Shown: positions 39,181 through 49,988, counted from the stretch's first letter. The stretch: 64,000 nucleotides of DNA from Candidatus Ozemobacteraceae bacterium (GCA_965140445.1 OZ223236.1:2944001-3008000), one strand, 5' to 3'. Notes: a model not told the origin generated them from the letters alone. Numbers and translations: made by a program.

Positions 39181-39406
39181 TCCCCGTAAGGATACAGTGA
39201 CTGAAAAAATAGATTGGCGCAAGGCTTCACAGGAAAAATTCAAAGTGCTTACAGCTTCACTATTTTTGTGTGCCAAAAACGCAATTTCAACTAAATTTAA
39301 AAAACTTGGCAAAAAGATATTTGTTTTTTCTCAAGACGTCTTGAATGTAGCAAAATCCTTGGATTTTCTTAAAATCTAAAATTATATAAAAGTTAAAAGA
39401 GGTAAA

Positions 39407-40135
39407 ATGCCAGATCAAATATTTGAAAATTCAAGGTTAGCTTCAATCTATGATGATTTTGATGGTCAACGTGAAGACCTTCAAAACTATTTGAAAATCG
39501 TTAAAGAATTTGGTGCTAAGTCTATTTTGGATATTGGCTGTGGGACAGGATGCTTTGCTGTTTTATTGAAAGAGCAGGGGTATGATGTGACTGGTCTTGA
39601 CCCGGCTCGGGCTTCATTGGAAATTGCTCGAAGAAAAAGACACGCCGATAAAATACAATGGATTTTAGGTGACGCAACTTGTCTACCGCCTATGACTGTT
39701 GATTTAGCGGTTATGACGGGAAATGTTGCTCAAGTTTTTATTACTGATGAATCTTGGGAAGAGAACCTTCTGGCAATTCGGAAAGTTCTTCAACCGCAAG
39801 GGCATCTGGTTTTTGAAGTTAGAGACCCTGAAAGGCAAGCCTGGCTAGCTTGGACTCCTGAAAAAACTCATCAGCGTTTAGAAATTAAAGGTATTGGTTA
39901 TGTTGAAGGATGGTGTGAAGTTAAAGAAGTGTCTGAAGAATTGGTGACCTTTTGCTGGACTTACACTTTTGAATCTGACGGTAAAGTTCTATCTTCCGAC
40001 TCCACGCTTAGGTTTCGTAAGCGAGAAGATATTATAGAATCTCTTGATAATGCAGGCTATTCAGTCCTGGATATTCGCGATGCACCAGATCGACCTGGCA
40101 AAGAATTTGTATTTATTGCTCAGCCAAAAAGTTAG
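39407..40135 (+). CDS. Class I SAM-dependent methyltransferase
   Basis: ILDIGCGTG, GLDPA, MTGNVAQVF. Confidence 0.92.
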   Translation: MPDQIFENSRLASIYDDFDGQREDLQNYLKIVKEFGAKSILDIGCGTGCFAVLLKEQGYDVTGLDPARASLEIARRKRHADKIQWILGDATCLPPMTVDLAVMTGNVAQVFITDESWEENLLAIRKVLQPQGHLVFEVRDPERQAWLAWTPEKTHQRLEIKGIGYVEGWCEVKEVSEELVTFCWTYTFESDGKVLSSDSTLRFRKREDIIESLDNAGYSVLDIRDAPDRPGKEFVFIAQPKS

Positions 40136-40488
40136 CATGGGTTTAAAGGGGGGGTGAAATACTGGATCTCATTAACACCCTTAAACTCGTTATCTTGAAA
40201 TATTGGAAGATACAGTATTTTTTTCTGTTTTCCTGCCATTGGGATTGATTTCTCAACAACCTTGACTGAATTGTTTTTAAAACTTTCATACATGTCTTTT
40301 ATAGGCTGATGGCTTTCAGGTTTATGACAATCAAACAAGCTGGTTCCCACGATATTTTTCCCACCAAATCGGGCGTAGTTTAATGCGCCGATATTGTTGA
40401 TATATTGGATTACAAAGTTTTCATCTGCAATTACTATTACAGCATTTACTCCATCCAGTAGCTGAGCAGAAACTTTTGCTTTATTCAT
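40132..40488 (-). CDS. Stand-alone PAS-domain protein
   Basis: IVIADENFVIQYIN...GTSLFDCH. Confidence 0.75.
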   Translation of the reverse strand: MNKAKVSAQLLDGVNAVIVIADENFVIQYINNIGALNYARFGGKNIVGTSLFDCHKPESHQPIKDMYESFKNNSVKVVEKSIPMAGKQKKILYLPIFQDNEFKGVNEIQYFTPPLNPC

Positions 40489-40672
40489 TTTCTTATCCTT
40501 ATTAAAGGTTTAAACACCAAAGATTCATAATTGGTAAAAAATGATTATAAACTTTCTATAGCTAACCAGGAACCAGAATTTCTAAACTGAAATTCTGTAA
40601 GACAGCTCACTTTAATTAGGTTCATTGGAGAATGATCTAATGTTTAAAGCTGCACTATGCATTCGCGTAAAA

Positions 40673-41308
40673 TTAGCGAAGAAGCTTGGCGGCCTCTGGC
40701 TTCTCCATAAGATCTGCAAGGTCGGCAGGAATCCTTCCCTGTTTATCTTTGGCATTTTTGTTTGCACCCGACTCCAAAAGCATTTTTATTGCTTCAATGT
40801 GCCCTTTTTGTGCTGCCCAATGTAATGGGGTGTAGCCATAGTTGTCTACTGATTCAAGATTGGCACCTTTTGATACCAGAAATTTAATAATTTTTGCTTC
40901 TCCGTTGCTGGCGGCATCAATTAATGGGGTTGCATTGTCAGCCCCAACTGCATTTACATCTGCACCGAATTTAACTAAAGCTCCAATTGCTTTTTTCTGA
41001 TTAAAATTAATTGCTCTGTGTAATGGAGTTTCACCATTCTCTAATTTATCTTTTGCTTTGCCTGGGTTTTCTTTTAAAATCCTTAACAATTCCTTAATGT
41101 CTCCACACATTGCTGCATCAAAGATATCTCCTGCGGCGGCTTTCAATTCGCCACTTTCTTTCTTTTTGTTGAAATCTTTTATTGTATCGCCAGTCATTTT
41201 GAGCATTTCTTCGTATTTTTTTCGATTTTCAGCTTGCTGGTCTGATTCACCAAAGAGAGTTTGAGAAAATATGCAAAACCCTACCAGAAAAACAAAAAAG
41301 CACTTCAT
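40673..41308 (-). CDS. Exported ankyrin-repeat protein
   Basis: GETPLHRA, TPLIDAA, GYTPLHWAA; signal peptide. Confidence 0.93.
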   Translation of the reverse strand: MKCFFVFLVGFCIFSQTLFGESDQQAENRKKYEEMLKMTGDTIKDFNKKKESGELKAAAGDIFDAAMCGDIKELLRILKENPGKAKDKLENGETPLHRAINFNQKKAIGALVKFGADVNAVGADNATPLIDAASNGEAKIIKFLVSKGANLESVDNYGYTPLHWAAQKGHIEAIKMLLESGANKNAKDKQGRIPADLADLMEKPEAAKLLR

Positions 41309-41341
41309 AATTGACCACCTTTAAAACTTGAGGGATTAGAG

Positions 41342-41668
41342 CTATTCAACATTTTTTTCCAGGTTTCTTAAACTCTCCATGAACTCTTTATCAACCGGTA
41401 AAACCAATATGCAGCCAACTGCGATAACACAGCCAAAACCAAATGGATCTTGTATAAGCTTAATACCGCCATGGAGGTAGTTTTTTACAAAATAAATCGC
41501 GCAAATGTAATAAAGTGTCCAAAATGCTGCCAGACTCATGTAATACTTGAGCGTTGACTTTAAGGCAGATTTTTTATGGCAATCAGGACAAATATGATTA
41601 CCTAACGGGCTTTTCAAATATCTTTTCCAGGTAAGCGGGAATTTAGAATTACAATGTGGGCAAATCAT
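41342..41668 (-). CDS. CxxC-x20-CxxC zinc-ribbon membrane protein
   Basis: CPHC-(20 aa)-CPDC followed by two TMs. Confidence 0.72.
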   Translation of the reverse strand: MICPHCNSKFPLTWKRYLKSPLGNHICPDCHKKSALKSTLKYYMSLAAFWTLYYICAIYFVKNYLHGGIKLIQDPFGFGCVIAVGCILVLPVDKEFMESLRNLEKNVE

Positions 41669-41788
41669 AAGGGAAACCTGTTTTATAAACTAAAAAGAAA
41701 TAATATCAAAACCATTATCTAACAAAAAATCTTCAAAAGAAAGATTAATTGGGAATTTGGGACGGATAGCCAATTTATTAGTCTTTTT

Positions 41789-42262
41789 TTACTCAAAATA
41801 GGCTGGTTTATCTGCCAAAAATTGCTTAAAGGAATTTTGAATACGTTTTTTTAAAGATGGAGTCAAATCCTCAGGAAGCTCATCAACATTGAAAAATTGA
41901 AATTTGCTTAGTTCATTTTGGGGCAATTTTATTGAACTGAGCATTTCATAAGTGATTGGCTCAGTTGAAAAAACAAACATTAGAGATTCAGTTTTCAAAC
42001 CAGCGGGAGGATTGTAATCGACCAGCAATAAGGTTTTTATGATCAAATCCAGGCCAAGCTCTTCTTTTACTTCTCTTTTAACGCAATTCTTTGGAGATTC
42101 GTTTTCTTCAACAATTCCACCTGGTATTTCCCATGTTTTTTTATAAGTTGGTTTAACCAGCAAAATTCTTTGGGAGTCGTCTAAGATCAAACATCCAGCT
42201 CCCATTCTTTTTTTAGGCAATGAATTGTAAAATGTTTTTATCTTTTCTGTATCTGAATTCAA
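41789..42262 (-). CDS. NUDIX hydrolase
   Basis: PGGIVEENESPKNCVKREVKEELGL. Confidence 0.92.
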   Translation of the reverse strand: MNSDTEKIKTFYNSLPKKRMGAGCLILDDSQRILLVKPTYKKTWEIPGGIVEENESPKNCVKREVKEELGLDLIIKTLLLVDYNPPAGLKTESLMFVFSTEPITYEMLSSIKLPQNELSKFQFFNVDELPEDLTPSLKKRIQNSFKQFLADKPAYFE

Positions 42263-42318
42263 AATTTATTCCCTTCGAGTCGTGGAATCGCTTTAATAAT
42301 TAAATATAACAATGCCAA

Positions 42319-43128
42319 TCAGGGTTTTTGGGCGACAATCAAGAAATGTTCGGTTGTATGTTTATAATCATCTAGCTCACAATACCGACTTGCAACCTTT
42401 ACATACTCCTGATAAAGTTCTTCACTTTTGCTACGCAATTCGTCTAATTGAAGTTTCATTCCACTCAAAAAACTCTCTGCGCCAGCAGTTGAAATAATTT
42501 GAAAATCAGTTTTTTCAACTTCATCAATCGCAAGTTTGTGAGTAGTAAAGTAGGCTTTTGTAAATGAATTTTCACTGGTTAGTTTGAGATCACCTTTTAA
42601 AAACATTGTATTAAGCTTTTCTTCACAAAAACCTTCAGGAAACTCTGTAACCGAAGCGCGTAAAAGGCCATATGAATTAATGTATGCAAAAATTGCCACA
42701 CCATTTGGCTTAAGTATTCTAAAGACGTCTTCTAACACTTTTTTACGCTCTGAATTTTCATGGAGATGATAAAGTGGGCCCAGAACAATTACCGAGTCAA
42801 ATGATTCATTTTCAAAGCGATCTAAATTTGTCGCGGAATCAACAATGTAATCCCTGGCGAGTAAACCATGCTTTTCAATATTTTGCTTTGCGATTTCAAT
42901 GGATTCTTTTGATAAATCAAGAAGAGTAACTTCATACCCTCTATTGAGCAATTCAAGGGCATATCTGCCAGGACCTGCTCCACAATCCAAAATAGAAGAA
43001 CCTTTTGCAACATATTTATCTATAAGATACATGGTGCTCATAAACTCAATTAAAGAATAATTATTATCAAGTCTATTAAGCTCAGATTTTGCATTTGAAT
43101 CATAATACTCTTTTACTTCATCATTCAT
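42319..43128 (-). CDS. Class I SAM-dependent methyltransferase
   Basis: ILDCGAGPGRY, LGPLYHL, RILKPNG. Confidence 0.92.
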   Translation of the reverse strand: MNDEVKEYYDSNAKSELNRLDNNYSLIEFMSTMYLIDKYVAKGSSILDCGAGPGRYALELLNRGYEVTLLDLSKESIEIAKQNIEKHGLLARDYIVDSATNLDRFENESFDSVIVLGPLYHLHENSERKKVLEDVFRILKPNGVAIFAYINSYGLLRASVTEFPEGFCEEKLNTMFLKGDLKLTSENSFTKAYFTTHKLAIDEVEKTDFQIISTAGAESFLSGMKLQLDELRSKSEELYQEYVKVASRYCELDDYKHTTEHFLIVAQKP

Positions 43129-43225
43129 TTAAAATGGATCTCCTGTCTTTTGTCTGATACCAAAGGCTAACAAAGGGATTTTATAATGCTCAAAAGGATT
43201 ATAACAGGGTAACTACTCTAAGGAA

Positions 43226-44302
43226 TTACTTTTCAATTGTTTCGGTGGAATCACTAGAAGTTGAGAAACATGGAAGCACATCTTGTTTAAAGTAAGGTTC
43301 CTGATTTACCCAGAACATATACTTGACCTTTAAAAAGTCCTTAGCGAATGAATGCAAAATAGGAACAATGTTATTTCTTTTCTGTTTAACCAAATCGGAG
43401 TTAGTTGTTCCAATGTAGTTCCCATCCTGAATTGCTATTCCAAGAGGAACAGTGTAGGAATGCTCGTGCATCATTGCCAGAGGATGATTTAGTTGTCCTC
43501 GTTTTTGCATCATCAAGTCAGGAGCTCCAAGTCCAACCCCAATTTCTTCCCCGTATTTGTAAATGGATCTTAGAAATCCTTTGTCTTCCCAGGGTAGCCA
43601 TTCTCCAGGCATAAAGTTGGCATATTGCATCGTGACTGATTTTGGAAAGGCTTTTTTTAAAGCCAGCATGTTTGTCTTTAAAGATTCTGCATATAAAGCG
43701 GGAGAAAAAGATTTGTCATATTTACTTGTAACTCCAATGCAAGATTCCTGTAGGTTAATTCCTTCTACTTTTCCGTCAAATTCTTTACCAAGAGCAATTA
43801 GAAGCTTGGCGAATCTTTCCTGAACTTTTTTATTCCAACGTTTTGCTGTCCATCCCTCTGGTTTATCATTATCATCGCGCTGAAATATTTCACCACCATC
43901 ATATTCCTCTGATCTTAAATACGTGGGCACTGCCCTATATTTTACGTCAAAAGTCGCATCTTGTAGCTGGATAAACAGTTTCTTGTTTTTTTCTTTTAAG
44001 TATTTGTAATCACTTTCGATGATGGAAAAATCATACTGGTCTTTTGATGGTTCAAGTTGCGGCCATGAATACATTATTTGCGCACCTTCAAATCTTGAAA
44101 CTTTCAAAAAAGAATGGTTCCTGATTGCTTCTCTATCCCTTGCAAAGTATACGAAATGCTTTATGCTATCGCTTTCAATTGGGCATTTGGCATTCAAATG
44201 TTTACGGTATTCATTTGCATATCGATCAGCTGGATTCTCAGCTTTTGCCGGGGTATTTAAACAAAGAACAAGCGAAAATAAAGTGATAAAAATTCTTTTC
44301 AT
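43226..44302 (-). CDS. Exported protein, probable glycoside-hydrolase-like TIM barrel
   Basis: Signal peptide; YSWPQLEPSKDQYDFS resembles clan GH-A N-terminus. Confidence 0.55.
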   Translation of the reverse strand: MKRIFITLFSLVLCLNTPAKAENPADRYANEYRKHLNAKCPIESDSIKHFVYFARDREAIRNHSFLKVSRFEGAQIMYSWPQLEPSKDQYDFSIIESDYKYLKEKNKKLFIQLQDATFDVKYRAVPTYLRSEEYDGGEIFQRDDNDKPEGWTAKRWNKKVQERFAKLLIALGKEFDGKVEGINLQESCIGVTSKYDKSFSPALYAESLKTNMLALKKAFPKSVTMQYANFMPGEWLPWEDKGFLRSIYKYGEEIGVGLGAPDLMMQKRGQLNHPLAMMHEHSYTVPLGIAIQDGNYIGTTNSDLVKQKRNNIVPILHSFAKDFLKVKYMFWVNQEPYFKQDVLPCFSTSSDSTETIEK

Positions 44303-44326
44303 TTAAAAATCCTTAGAAGTCACAAT

Positions 44327-44716
44327 TTAAGATCTATTTAACATGTAAAAGGAGAAATTCAAATAGGTAGCGAATAGAACCCATAGTAAATAGGGCCATA
44401 ATAAGATTGATGCAGTTTGATTTGATTGCCAGAAATAGTAAATGATAAAAATCAAAGAAACGTCTAGAAAAATTATATCTACTAATGCCAGGCCAGGATT
44501 CTGTAACCCAAAAAACAAGCCTGTCCATGAGAGGTTAGATATCAGGTGTAAAACTATCAAAATATAGATTCCAATACCATTTTCCGACTTATAGTTTTTT
44601 ACAAAAGAAAAAATCGATATGCCAATCATTATGTAAAGAACTGTCCAAACTGGTCCAAATAACCAGTTTGGAGGAGTCAGAGGTGGTCTTTGCAAATTTT
44701 CATACCAGGTGTTCAT
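44327..44716 (-). CDS. tspO: TspO/MBR tryptophan-rich sensory protein (short, lacks first TM)
   Basis: WYENLQRPPLTPPNWLFGPVWTVLY...PYLLWVLFATYLN. Confidence 0.9.
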   Translation of the reverse strand: MNTWYENLQRPPLTPPNWLFGPVWTVLYIMIGISIFSFVKNYKSENGIGIYILIVLHLISNLSWTGLFFGLQNPGLALVDIIFLDVSLIFIIYYFWQSNQTASILLWPYLLWVLFATYLNFSFYMLNRS

Positions 44717-44830
44717 AAACGAAATTTTATCATGAATCTAGTTCAATTGTTTGTTTTCACTTTTTCCCAGAATCCCTTAAACTAGTTTAGAGCACTCTCA
44801 ATTGTTGCCAATGAAAATAAGGAGACAATA

Positions 44831-45394
44831 ATGGAACCAAAGATTTTAAAAAAGAAAGGTGATCTTGAGCTTTGTCTGCTTACACCTGATTTAAAAGATT
44901 TCATAAAAACCTTGTTGGAATGGGAGAATGATGAATCTATTCGGCATCTTCATCTTGTAACCAGAAGTGAAGAGGAATTTAAAAACCTGCACCAAACATA
45001 CGAAGAGCTGCTTGAGAGAATTGAAAAGGTCTATAACTCTGAAAACCAGTTTTTCTGGATGGTTCTTGAAAAAGGCTCTCCTGTTTGTTTTTTAACTGCT
45101 CAGATTGATCCGAGACATCTTTTGCGTCAGGTCCCAGGAACTTTCTGGCCAAGTATTTTGATCGGTGAAAAGTCTGCCAGGGGTAGGGGAATAGGAAAGC
45201 AAGCCATGATCTGGTGTGAAGAGCTTGCATTGGAAATGAATTGTAAGCGTATAGAAATCGGGGTTTTTGAGTTTAACGGTGCTGCCCGAAAACTTTACGA
45301 ATCGATGGGCTATGTTGAGTTTGCCAAAACCCCAGAATTTACCTGGTGGGATGGTGCTTTAAGAACCGATTTACGACTGGAAAAATATTTGTAG
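44831..45394 (+). CDS. GNAT acetyltransferase
   Basis: RGRGIGK, VFEFNGAARKLYESMGY. Confidence 0.9.
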   Translation: MEPKILKKKGDLELCLLTPDLKDFIKTLLEWENDESIRHLHLVTRSEEEFKNLHQTYEELLERIEKVYNSENQFFWMVLEKGSPVCFLTAQIDPRHLLRQVPGTFWPSILIGEKSARGRGIGKQAMIWCEELALEMNCKRIEIGVFEFNGAARKLYESMGYVEFAKTPEFTWWDGALRTDLRLEKYL

Positions 45395-45399
45395 CCGTT

Positions 45400-45936
45400 T
45401 TATTCGTCGTGCCAATTAACTGGGGTGATTTTCCCAGTTTTCCAGTCTTCTTTTAATATTGCATATGTGATTGAATCGTAAAGGGCGCCATTGCAATCTG
45501 GCCAGCATCTGCGATGATGGGACTCTTTTACCCAATTGCAGGAACGAAATACACTACGCATACATTTGTTGTCGACTCTGGTATTTCCTTCAATTCGTGT
45601 TTTATTGGTTTGGGTAAAAATAAAGTTTTCCAGCCATTTGACAGTTTTTTTGCCGTAACCTTTATGGCGAGATGAAGATTTTAACCTTAGATCAAAAATT
45701 GGTGTGTCATCAGTTAGATCGTGAAAGCATACGATTCCTATAGGACTATCGTTATTATTTTCAAGAATCCAGAAAGCTTTATTATCATTGCCTTCAAAAT
45801 CACCATCTGAGACCCATTTTTGAACTCTTTCAAGTGATGGGGTTTCCAAAGAATGAAAAGGCCACTTTTCTGACGAAATAAAATGAGCAATTTTTTCTGC
45901 GTCTTTTGGAAGGTACTCTTTAAATATTAGCTGCAT
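45400..45936 (-). CDS. GNAT acetyltransferase (RimJ/RimL-like)
   Basis: RHKGYG, RIEGNTRVDN, KESHHRRCW. Confidence 0.88.
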   Translation of the reverse strand: MQLIFKEYLPKDAEKIAHFISSEKWPFHSLETPSLERVQKWVSDGDFEGNDNKAFWILENNNDSPIGIVCFHDLTDDTPIFDLRLKSSSRHKGYGKKTVKWLENFIFTQTNKTRIEGNTRVDNKCMRSVFRSCNWVKESHHRRCWPDCNGALYDSITYAILKEDWKTGKITPVNWHDE

Positions 45937-46122
45937 TAACTTACTTCCATTTCATTGTGTATGTTATCAGTTTAACATTTTTTTAATGGAAATGTTGCAT
46001 TTTGTTCTATTATTAGCGGATTTGGAACGAAAATGGGAAATGAGAGAAAAATAGAAAACTTAATTCGCAACTAATAAACAATTAGTTTAGTTGTCTGATT
46101 TTCTTCAATGTTAACTAATCAG

Positions 46123-47502
46123 TCAGTTTTCTTTAGCAATTCTCTGGAACTCCAACGACATTAACCAGGCAGCTATTACTGCAAGAAATGAAATTCCTGC
46201 TAAAATCCAGAATACCTCAGCCCAGCCCAGCTTTTCAGAGATGTATCCAGCACCCCATGCTGCTAATGCCCCGCCAATATAACCAATTCCATCAATTAAT
46301 CCCGTGCAGCTTCCAGCGGCTTTTGAACCAGCAATATCAAGAGTTAAACAGCCTGAAGACATGGCGTATGGGCCAAGAAGGAAAAAACCTGCCAGGCCAA
46401 GCAAAACAACTATCCAGTTTTGATAAGACGCAGAAACTGTACCGCCGTGGGCTAAAACGGCTATTCCCACCATAGAAACGACGAGACCAAGAAGCATTTT
46501 CCACATAGCGCTTGCCCTGTCTCCGTTATTGGCAAATTTGTCGGTATACCAACCTAGCAAAACTGTTCCGACACAGCCCAAAAAAGGAAAGAGTGCTGAT
46601 TTTAAAATAGCAAAAGATGTACCCATTCCAATGTCTACAAGAAATTTTGGTGTCCAGAAAAAGAAAATAGAGCGTAAAAAAGTTGTAATAAAGCTATATA
46701 AAAGTAAATAGCGAAAGAGCCTCATACTTAGAAGACCTTTCATGGTTTTTAAAACATCCATGCTGCCATCTTTTTCTTCGTCAATTTTTGCAATGGATGA
46801 CTTTTTACCTGCGTTTCCTCCAAATTTAATCCCAGGGATAACATCCTGTGGGCAGCTTTTTGAGGAGCGAACTGACCAGAGGAAAATAAAAAATAGCACT
46901 AAAGCGGGGTATAAAAACAGCTTATCCCAGGTGCAACCAAGAGCTACAAGTGAACCAGCAAAAAGACTGGCAACAACACCACCGAACTGAAAGTTCAGAG
47001 AAATTACACCCATTACTGTTCCATTTCTTTCCGGTTCATACCAGGCACCAATAGTCTTTGTAAGTCCTCCCCATCCCATAGAAAGAAAATATCGACAAAG
47101 GCACCAAACTACGATGAAAGCAGTTAAACTATGCATCTGGGAAAAAACTAAATTCATCAATATTGCACCAATCATACCGATTAAGAAGATAGTCCGCCCT
47201 CCAATGCGGTCTGCGGCAGGACCATTGATGAATTTTCCAATGGCATAGGCTATTTCTGAGGAAGAAGCTATTAGCCCTAGTTGCGCATTGGTATATCCAA
47301 ACTTTGCACTCATCAAAGGAAAGGCGGCTGAAAGGTTGCCACGGCAAATATAATAACCAACGTAGCCAAAAAGCATTACAGCAAAAGTTGATTGCCTCCA
47401 ATCATTTAGGACAAATCTGGTGAGGCTTTCTAAGTGTCTGTTTCGATCAGCCTCATTAGAAAAAAGGCTTTCAGGGACAATGCTTTCTTTGCTTTCTGCC
47501 AT
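46123..47502 (-). CDS. MFS transporter, GlpT/UhpT (organophosphate:Pi antiporter) family
   Basis: GYVGYYICRGN, YAIGKFING, ERNGTVMG, TGLIDGIGYIGG; about 12 TMs. Confidence 0.88.
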   Translation of the reverse strand: MAESKESIVPESLFSNEADRNRHLESLTRFVLNDWRQSTFAVMLFGYVGYYICRGNLSAAFPLMSAKFGYTNAQLGLIASSSEIAYAIGKFINGPAADRIGGRTIFLIGMIGAILMNLVFSQMHSLTAFIVVWCLCRYFLSMGWGGLTKTIGAWYEPERNGTVMGVISLNFQFGGVVASLFAGSLVALGCTWDKLFLYPALVLFFIFLWSVRSSKSCPQDVIPGIKFGGNAGKKSSIAKIDEEKDGSMDVLKTMKGLLSMRLFRYLLLYSFITTFLRSIFFFWTPKFLVDIGMGTSFAILKSALFPFLGCVGTVLLGWYTDKFANNGDRASAMWKMLLGLVVSMVGIAVLAHGGTVSASYQNWIVVLLGLAGFFLLGPYAMSSGCLTLDIAGSKAAGSCTGLIDGIGYIGGALAAWGAGYISEKLGWAEVFWILAGISFLAVIAAWLMSLEFQRIAKEN

Positions 47503-47685
47503 TGGTAAACTCCAGAATTGTGGTTTCACTTTTTTCTCAAGTGTATATCAAAAGCTTTCTTTCCTAAAGCCAAATAAGAGGAACTAAAAATAATTTAGAC
47601 AAAAGTTTTGAGTTTCAAGTTTGCTTAGTGCTAGATTCAAGATTATAATCAGGCTTTATTCGGAAAGATTGGTTATTCTCAGGAT

Positions 47686-48405
47686 TTGAACAGGAAAATT
47701 TTAACTGTGGTTTATAAAGAAAAAAAGAACAGGACTTTTTGGAAGAGCATAGGGATCTTTATGGCTTTTCTTCTTCTTGTTGCTTTATATATTTTTTTTG
47801 TCGAAGATTCCAAACGTAAGGCAAATATAAAGGCCGCCAGAAAAAAAGATAGGGTGAATAAAGAGTTAGAAGAGCAATTTGGGAAGCTACAATTTACTCG
47901 AATATATATGTTCAATGGTGCTGAGTCATCAGCCACAATCAGGTTAAATGAAGATCCATGTCTTTCTTTTTCCATTGAGGCTTTACCTCGTGGTAAAGGG
48001 AAAAAACACCAGCTAAATAAGCGGGCATTAGTTGTTTCCCCAAAAGACGATGCTCTGGTAACGGTAGTATCAAGAGAAAAGTTGCTTCCCAGGCTTTTTA
48101 TAAGTAAACCTGATAAACCTGAAAAGAGATTAGTTTGTCCCCATGGGGGAACGCATCTGCTATTATTGTCCAATTCCAAAAGGATAAAATGGGAAGAAAT
48201 TAGGTATTCAAACTCTGGAAGCTTTCCGCTGGCAAAATTTGAAACAAAAAACAATTCAAGAAGAGCAAATCTGTTTGGACTTTATAAAGTTGATGAAAAG
48301 AGCCGTAAAGTATATGGATTTGATGAGACACCCCCGGGAAAGATCAAGACTGCGTTTAGCTCTTCTATCCCAATTTCAGGAGGGATTAAATTTTCAGTTT
48401 ACTAA
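47686..48405 (+). CDS. Single-TM hypothetical protein
   Basis: N-terminal TM; LVCPHGGTH motif. Confidence 0.6.
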   Translation: MNRKILTVVYKEKKNRTFWKSIGIFMAFLLLVALYIFFVEDSKRKANIKAARKKDRVNKELEEQFGKLQFTRIYMFNGAESSATIRLNEDPCLSFSIEALPRGKGKKHQLNKRALVVSPKDDALVTVVSREKLLPRLFISKPDKPEKRLVCPHGGTHLLLLSNSKRIKWEEIRYSNSGSFPLAKFETKNNSRRANLFGLYKVDEKSRKVYGFDETPPGKIKTAFSSSIPISGGIKFSVY

Positions 48406-48503
48406 AAAACAAGGCCATAAAATGCTATTAAGCTTTTCAGAATTTTTTGTCATAAAAATCTAGTGTTCTATAGAGAAAAATAGCGGTTTTTGATGATCAA
48501 ACA

Positions 48504-49988
48504 CTACTGGATTTTTCCTTTGTATTCTACCACTATCAAGGAGATATCATCTTCTGGCGCTCTTCCGTCAGTAAAATTTTGAATATCATTAGTAAAAAAA
48601 TTAATAAGTTCTCTGATGTTTTTATCTTTATTTTCAGTTATAACAGTTTGAAACTTTTCAATTCCATACATTTTGCCCTCGGGATTGGTTCTTTCCAGAA
48701 GCCCGTCGGTAAACAAGAAAAACTTTTCGCCAGGCTCAAGCTGAATTGTTTCTTTTTCCAGCTCAAGAATTTCGTTTTCAAATAATCCTAATAGAAGGCC
48801 GCCAGTTTTCATGGAGACTAGTTCACCTGATTTTTTTAAAAGCAGCATTTGAGGATGTCCAGCATTAACAACCGTTAATAATCCATTTTGATCAATGGTT
48901 GCGTGTATGGCTGACATGTATCTTTCACTAGGTAGAAGTTTTAAAAAGATATCATTAAGATGCTCCAATAATTTAACGGGACAAGTTTCACTGAATTTTT
49001 CATCCAAACCCATCTTGGCGATAATGGTTGTGAATGCTGCTGCAATTCCGTGCCCAGTTCCATCACCAAGAAAAATACTAAATAGGCTTTCAGTTTTCTT
49101 GCATGCTCTGAAAATGTCACCAGAGACATGGGAAAATGGAATGCAAATGCTCTCTAAATTAATAAAGTCTGGTATCGGGCCAACCTTGAAAAGTTCTTTT
49201 TGCAACTCTTCTGCAACCATCAAATCCTTTTCCATTTCTCTGTTTATATTTAGTAATTCATTACTGGACTTCTCCAATTTAAGGTTAGATTCCAAGAGAG
49301 TTTTCGTATTTTTTTTGATGTTGGCATCAAAAATCGTAAGACCTGTTAAGCCAGCAAATAAAGCTATTATATGTGAAATCCAAATCTCCAGATTTAACTC
49401 ATCTAAAACTAATGGAACAGCAACACTAAAAACACCAAGTAGGTCACCTTCTTTTTGGCCGAATTTTGAATGGCATTCCAGGCAAGGTTTTTTTGCTATT
49501 GAAGGGACCATAAATCTGAATTCTTTTTTATGGTCCGGGCCATCAAATAGGTAATAAAATTCCTTTTTTCCGGCTTCTATATTCTTTACTGCTTCAATTT
49601 CCCAGTCTTTAACCATATTCTCTGGATTCACAGGGGCTGAGCTGCTATTTCGGAATTTTACACCCGTAGTTTTTTCTGCAATTGCTGCAAGTTGCCTGAT
49701 CATGATGGCTGAGCTTATTTTGGTAAGCTTGAGCCCATCATTTGTTTGAACAACTTTATCTTTGTCCGGAAGAAACGGGCTTGGTTGATGATTTTTAGTT
49801 ACTGGTCCGTATACCCTTCCATGAGACATGTTCCAGGCTCTCATAAAATGAAGTTGCTGAACAATTGAAGTTGCAGCTTGCCGGGCAAGACTTATCTGGT
49901 TTCTGGTCGCTACTTTTAAGTTCCATGCAAGTGACCCAAAGCATGCTAAAATCCAACCAAGAATTGCAATAAGTATAGAACGATGCAA
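48504..49988 (-). CDS. DUF3365-type c-heme sensor fused to SpoIIE/PP2C phosphatase
   Basis: TM, CLECH (CxxCH), TM, VSGDIF, GDGTGHG, FTDGLLE, DDISL. Confidence 0.88.
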   Translation of the reverse strand: MHRSILIAILGWILACFGSLAWNLKVATRNQISLARQAATSIVQQLHFMRAWNMSHGRVYGPVTKNHQPSPFLPDKDKVVQTNDGLKLTKISSAIMIRQLAAIAEKTTGVKFRNSSSAPVNPENMVKDWEIEAVKNIEAGKKEFYYLFDGPDHKKEFRFMVPSIAKKPCLECHSKFGQKEGDLLGVFSVAVPLVLDELNLEIWISHIIALFAGLTGLTIFDANIKKNTKTLLESNLKLEKSSNELLNINREMEKDLMVAEELQKELFKVGPIPDFINLESICIPFSHVSGDIFRACKKTESLFSIFLGDGTGHGIAAAFTTIIAKMGLDEKFSETCPVKLLEHLNDIFLKLLPSERYMSAIHATIDQNGLLTVVNAGHPQMLLLKKSGELVSMKTGGLLLGLFENEILELEKETIQLEPGEKFFLFTDGLLERTNPEGKMYGIEKFQTVITENKDKNIRELINFFTNDIQNFTDGRAPEDDISLIVVEYKGKIQ

